Shown: positions 59,187 through 64,000 of the stretch, piece after piece
Layout of the letters: each line of letters opens with the position of its first letter
Numbering within the stretch: the stretch's first letter is position 1
Assembly (NCBI GenBank): GCA_963735035.1
Contig: CAVTJJ010000006.1
Span: 224,001-288,000 of the forward strand
DNA length: 64,000 bases
Direction: 5' to 3'
Source: an uncultured candidate division Zixibacteria bacterium
GTDB lineage: Bacteria; Zixibacteria; MSB-5A5; GN15; FEB-12
The notes under the pieces: generated by a model
Seen by the model: the letters and a program-made list of their open reading frames with translations, nothing else
Database searches by the model: none
What the model was told of the DNA's origin: nothing
Position numbers and translations under genes: made by a program

Positions 59187-59250
59187 GAGAACGCGCCTAT
59201 CGAGTCTTTGGTAAAGAACTGAATCGGACTTGATTTACCCTGGTAGGCTT

Positions 59251-62200
59251 GTGAGCGTTCAATCGCACACCAAAGCTTTACTCTTATTCATTAGTCTGTT
59301 CCTGCAGGCCGGGTTGGTCTCTGCCCAGGTCGAAGAGCCACCCGCTCCCCAGCCTGAGGGGGTGGGCTTTCAAGCACGCCTCAATACACGTTCGCTCGTA
59401 GTGGCGCCCTATATCGAGCCGGACAACCGGTTCTCGGTCGCCCTGTCCCCACGGTCGTATTCGGTACTATCCGACCAACTTAAGTACACCCCTACGGTGT
59501 CTGAACGCGGCAACTTCGACAACAATTCCCTCTCGTTTGGTATGCAGATGCATTCGGGGGTCAAACTCGTACCGGTGTCGGTTGACGCCGCCCGGTACTT
59601 TGACTGGCGCGTAAGAACCAACATTTCGGAGCGCTGGCAGTCATTTGCCACCAATACGGTCACCCAGGCGCAGCAGGGTTCGAAATCGGAGGGACTGTCG
59701 ATCGGTGTCAACCTGCCCAAGCGGTTCGATCAAATGTTCGGCGAAGGTGGCGCCAACCTGCGTGTCTCGGGATACCGGCGCATTTCATTCTCCGGTCGGT
59801 CGCAATGGGACGATGCCGCCCGCTCCGGTATCAGGAAGCAGAGCAAGTTCCCGGCGCTGAACATGGAGCAGATCTCCCGCTTCAGCATTCAGGGAACCAT
59901 CGGCACCAAGATATCGGTCAGTGTGGCACAGGACAATCAGACCGACATACCCCTGGCCAATCGCCTGATCATTCGATACAAGGGTGACGACGACGACGTG
60001 CTTAAAACCCTTGAAGCCGGCAATACGACGCTTAATATTCCCAACACCCGTTTCGTCGGTTACTCCCAGCAGATTCAGGGTCTGTTCGGTCTCAAGGCCG
60101 AGGCCAAGCTCGGTAACCTGTCTTTCACGGCGATTGCCTCGCAGGAAAAAGGCTCCTCGGAATCGGCTACTGTTTCGGCGTCAGGCGAAGAGAACGCCGA
60201 ATACATTCGCGACAATCAGTACATGGACGGACGTATTTTCGACCTGGCCTATCCGGGCGAAATCGGTCCGTATGATAGTGTACAAGTCCAGGTCTGGGAG
60301 GAGGAGACCGACACTCGGAATCCGGACGCCAAGAAGATGTACATGGATATTGGCTCCAGCGCCAATACCTATGATGCCCAGGACGTGCTGATGTCACAAG
60401 TTACGGGCGACCAGTATGAACTGTTGTACGGACAGGACACCACCTATTGTCCGGTGGCTCTGGTGTTCTACAACGGCCGTCGCCGCGGGATTGGTGTCCG
60501 GATAGAAGTCACCCGCCATTTGGCTTCAGGCGCCCGCACGGGAGTGATCGACACTATCGGCTATTCTTCCGCAGACACCCTTGAGACCGTCAGAATCATC
60601 CAGTCAATCTCCAAAGACGATATTCCTGACAATCCGTCCTGGAGACTGATGTGGCGCAACTGCTACCGCATTCCCAAGAACGTTCAGATTGAAGACATTG
60701 ATATCAAAATACTCAAGGGGCTGACCGGAAGAGAGGGGACCGCGTCCTGTCTTGACTACCAGAAGACCGAAACCGTAGCGCAGAATTCGTACATCAAGAT
60801 TCTGGGACTCGATCAATGGAACAACAACCAGTCGAATTCCAAAATCCCCGATGGGAAGATAGATGATCGTGTGGAAGTATTCCGACCCGATTGGGGACTC
60901 GTCATCTTCCCGGATCGTGAGCCTTTCAATTCCAATCGCGTCTTTGAAGATGACAACAAGAATCGGACTGATACGCTGGCGGTCAAGATGCCCAATATCT
61001 ACCGGTATTCATCTTCGACCCAAAGAATGGAGAACAGCCAGTACTTTCTGCAGACTTCCACGAAATCGCGTAGCGCCAATATCCGGCTTGGACGGGCCAA
61101 CGTCATCGAGGGTTCGGAACGAGTCCTGCTGAACGGGCGTCCCCTCCAAAAGGGCCGCGACTACGAAATATCCTACGAGATGGGTCAGGTAACATTGCTG
61201 ACCGATGACGCCACCGACCCGAATAACGACGTCAAAGTAGAATTCCAATACGCTCCCTTCCTCGCTCTTCAGAAGAAGACTTTGCTGGGTATGCGGGCCG
61301 AGTACGAACACAGTGAAAATCTGAGAATTGGCACTACGGTTCTTTACAAGTCCGACAAAGCGCAAGAGCGAAAGCCGCGCGTGGGTCAGGAAACGTCGAA
61401 GGCCATGGTCAACGACGTCGACATCAGTTTCGGTCTCAATCCGCACTTCATTACCGATGCTATCGACGCTCTCCCTTTTATCAGCGCTGAGGCTGATTCG
61501 CGTATCAAAGTAACGGCCGAGGTAGCGCAGTCCCGACCCAATCCGAACGTGGAAGGGAATGCGTATATCGACGATTTTGAGTCGGCGGTAGAACTTCAAT
61601 CGATCGGCAACGTTCGCACTAACTGGACCCTGGCTTCGGAACCGTTGAAGATCAAGGAGTCGACGATCAAGAACTGGACGCGGGGCACGATTCGCTGGCA
61701 TAATCCGCCCCCGATTTCCAAGGAAGATGTCTATGCGGGAGACGTGGCGGCTGGCCAGGGAGCGCTGCAACCGCTGAGATTGATCTTTCGCCCGCATGGC
61801 TGGGAATACAATGGCCTCCCGGATTCACCGTGCACTTCGGTCACCCCGGCCCGATCCTGGGGCGGCATTATGCGCTATTTCGCCAACCGGATTGACGAAA
61901 ACCGCGTGCAACTCTTCGAGATTCGAGTGAAGGGCGGGCGAGGCCGACTGCACTTTGATTTCGGTAAGATCAGCGAAGACGTCAATGGCAATGGTAAGTT
62001 TGAGACGGAAGATCAAAGCGTCCCGCCGAATAATTCTCTCGATGTGACCAGCGGCGTCAATGAGGATACCGGACTGGACTTGAAGCTCGATGGTGAAGAG
62101 GTGAATGCCTGCAATGTTGGGGTCAACTCCAGTACCAATCCCGACCCCGCAGGCGACAACTGGTGGTACGAATATCACGGTAAGGGAATGGGCAACGAGA

Positions 62201-64000
62201 ACCGTCCCCCCATCCCGGAATCGATGTGGACCCCCGAGTTGAAGGCGAAGGTTGATGACGTCAACAACTGGGAGCATTATGAATGGGTCAACGGCACCGA
62301 GGGCAATATCGATGATGACGCCGTACAGGGCATCCCGGACCGCGAAGCTCTAAGCGGTTCTCCGGAACAAAACAACGCCTATTTCACCTTCTCGCTGTTA
62401 CTGAATCCGGACCCGAGTCCCACCGATTCTTTTCTGGTGGCTGAATCAGAGCGCAACGGCTGGTACACTTATCGTGTGCCGATCCGTGATCCTGGAGTAC
62501 TAACGACGGTCTCAGAGGGAGGGCTTCCAGTAAGCTGGTCAACCGTGAATCAGGTTCGCGTTTGGTTTGAACAGGACAAGACTCAGGCTGACAGCATGCA
62601 AGATATGGATTCGGTCTTGATCGCGGACTGGGGTTTTGTGCAGTCGAACTGGTCCGATACCCTGCTGACCACGGGTAACGATCCAATGAGCAAGTTCTTT
62701 GTAGCATCGGTCTCGGAAGACAACGGCACCTTTATACCTCCGCCCGGCGTGAAAGCATTCGTTGACAAGGTTAATAATGTCACGGAGTCTCAGCGCGGCC
62801 TGGGGTTGATATTCCAGAATTTTCGGAAAGGAGCTGAGGGTATCAGCCGCAAAGACCTCCTGACGGCCGAATCTTATTCCGGATATCGCACCCTTCAGAT
62901 GTACGTCCACGGCGATTCTGCACTCAATTTGACGGACAGTGTCATGCTCTATTTCCGGCTGGGGCGCGACAGCGCGAACTACTACGAATATCGCGGATTT
63001 GTAGAAGCCGGATGGTCGGAGCAGAACAACGTCGTCATAGACTTCAACGAGATGACAGCGCTCAAGGATAAGGCTGAGCAGGCCGCCAAGAGTTCCAAGA
63101 AGCCGATCGAAGACTCCACCGCGACTTATCGAGTGGTTGGCCGGCCGAATATCAACGAAGTGCTGTTTATGTCAGCCAGCATCAGGAACCTGGGTGAGAC
63201 CGCAGTAACGGGCGAAATCTGGCTGGATGAGCTGAGGGTGACCGATGTTCGGAAGGATGTCGGCACGGCCGCCCGCGTGACGGTCAATGGCTCGCTTTCA
63301 GATCTGATAACATATGGTGGCACGTATGAGCACAAGGATGCCTATTTCCGCGGTCTGGCCCAGGCCACGCGTGGAGGTTCTGTCGACAACCTGGGCAGCG
63401 GAAGTGAGTCGAACGATTTCAGTGTAAGCACAACCCTGAACGTGAACCGCTTCCTGCCGCGTTCGTGGGGCGCCCGACTGCCGGTCACCTACACGTACGC
63501 GGAAGCCGAAAGCGTACCGCTTCTCAGAAACAACTCCGACATTATTCTCCCGCCTGAAACCAGACAGGCGGAGAAGAGTACTACTCGGGCGGTAAAGGTC
63601 TCGGCCAATGAGTCTTTCACTCGCAAGGGCGGCGGATTGCTCTTTGACGCCTTTCTCAATCGCCAGAAGATTTCCGGCTCCTATTCAAGATCGCGTCAGA
63701 AGACCGTAAACAATCCGTTCATTTTCGCCGAGAGCTACAATTTCAAAGGCGATTTCGATATGGGGGTGATCAAGCCACCCGAGGCGCCGATCTTCTTCTT
63801 CACGAAATCCGTGCCGGTGCTCAAGAAGATCGCGGAGTCAAAGCTGGCGTTTTATCCTCGGAAATGGTTGTGGAGCGCGACGTTCAATCGGTCCTTGTCC
63901 GCCAAGGATGATATTGATTTCAATCGGACCTCGTCGTTCAGTCGCACCTTTGACGGGCGCATGGACCTGTCATACCAAATGTTCCCGAACCTTTCTTTCG
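59251..64000 (+). CDS. sprA: T9SS outer-membrane translocon SprA (partial, runs off right edge; absent from the ORF track)
   Basis: Frame from GTG 59251 with signal peptide, open wherever I translated it: RYKGDDDDVLKTLEAGNT, GLFGLKAEAKLG, GSERVLLNG..L..G.DY, AYIDDFE, DFGKISED, GWYTYRVP, YFRLG.D..NYYEY, GEIWLDELRV. Confidence 0.9.
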   Translation, partial: MSVQSHTKALLLFISLFLQAGLVSAQVEEPPAPQPEGVGFQARLNTRSLVVAPYIEPDNRFSVALSPRSYSVLSDQLKYTPTVSERGNFDNNSLSFGMQMHSGVKLVPVSVDAARYFDWRVRTNISERWQSFATNTVTQAQQGSKSEGLSIGVNLPKRFDQMFGEGGANLRVSGYRRISFSGRSQWDDAARSGIRKQSKFPALNMEQISRFSIQGTIGTKISVSVAQDNQTDIPLANRLIIRYKGDDDDVLKTLEAGNTTLNIPNTRFVGYSQQIQGLFGLKAEAKLGNLSFTAIASQEKGSSESATVSASGEENAEYIRDNQYMDGRIFDLAYPGEIGPYDSVQVQVWEEETDTRNPDAKKMYMDIGSSANTYDAQDVLMSQVTGDQYELLYGQDTTYCPVALVFYNGRRRGIGVRIEVTRHLASGARTGVIDTIGYSSADTLETVRIIQSISKDDIPDNPSWRLMWRNCYRIPKNVQIEDIDIKILKGLTGREGTASCLDYQKTETVAQNSYIKILGLDQWNNNQSNSKIPDGKIDDRVEVFRPDWGLVIFPDREPFNSNRVFEDDNKNRTDTLAVKMPNIYRYSSSTQRMENSQYFLQTSTKSRSANIRLGRANVIEGSERVLLNGRPLQKGRDYEISYEMGQVTLLTDDATDPNNDVKVEFQYAPFLALQKKTLLGMRAEYEHSENLRIGTTVLYKSDKAQERKPRVGQETSKAMVNDVDISFGLNPHFITDAIDALPFISAEADSRIKVTAEVAQSRPNPNVEGNAYIDDFESAVELQSIGNVRTNWTLASEPLKIKESTIKNWTRGTIRWHNPPPISKEDVYAGDVAAGQGALQPLRLIFRPHGWEYNGLPDSPCTSVTPARSWGGIMRYFANRIDENRVQLFEIRVKGGRGRLHFDFGKISEDVNGNGKFETEDQSVPPNNSLDVTSGVNEDTGLDLKLDGEEVNACNVGVNSSTNPDPAGDNWWYEYHGKGMGNENRPPIPESMWTPELKAKVDDVNNWEHYEWVNGTEGNIDDDAVQGIPDREALSGSPEQNNAYFTFSLLLNPDPSPTDSFLVAESERNGWYTYRVPIRDPGVLTTVSEGGLPVSWSTVNQVRVWFEQDKTQADSMQDMDSVLIADWGFVQSNWSDTLLTTGNDPMSKFFVASVSEDNGTFIPPPGVKAFVDKVNNVTESQRGLGLIFQNFRKGAEGISRKDLLTAESYSGYRTLQMYVHGDSALNLTDSVMLYFRLGRDSANYYEYRGFVEAGWSEQNNVVIDFNEMTALKDKAEQAAKSSKKPIEDSTATYRVVGRPNINEVLFMSASIRNLGETAVTGEIWLDELRVTDVRKDVGTAARVTVNGSLSDLITYGGTYEHKDAYFRGLAQATRGGSVDNLGSGSESNDFSVSTTLNVNRFLPRSWGARLPVTYTYAEAESVPLLRNNSDIILPPETRQAEKSTTRAVKVSANESFTRKGGGLLFDAFLNRQKISGSYSRSRQKTVNNPFIFAESYNFKGDFDMGVIKPPEAPIFFFTKSVPVLKKIAESKLAFYPRKWLWSATFNRSLSAKDDIDFNRTSSFSRTFDGRMDLSYQMFPNLSF

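Overview
GC-rich bacterial chromosome segment from an FCB-superphylum organism outside the Bacteroidota proper (candidate Zixibacteria is my best guess from protein style; inference only). Housekeeping genes: sdhCAB, a divergent sucCD, tnaA, bshC-bshA-bshB1 (bacillithiol), selC (tRNA-Sec), recG and murB. Envelope genes: a type IX secretion set (porU, a greatly enlarged porV, sprA running off the right end, and three CTD-bearing cargo proteins), a DGGGP-synthase-like UbiA and a complete MoxR/DUF58/BatA-E operon. Most striking: (1) a radical SAM/SPASM enzyme directly followed by two tandem paralogous lipoproteins whose signal peptides are preceded by a conserved RiPP-leader-like YxxPxYP segment, a candidate undescribed protein-modification system lying downstream of selC; (2) a PorV carrying a ~590-aa beta-propeller/LysM insertion; (3) a PD-(D/E)XK nuclease with a transmembrane hairpin inserted inside its catalytic motif. 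Intergenic regions hold several families of REP-like palindromes, some nested. Several genes carry indels (mostly single extra bases in short homopolymers) that most likely reflect sequencing/assembly error. All calls come from reading the sequence; no searches were run.
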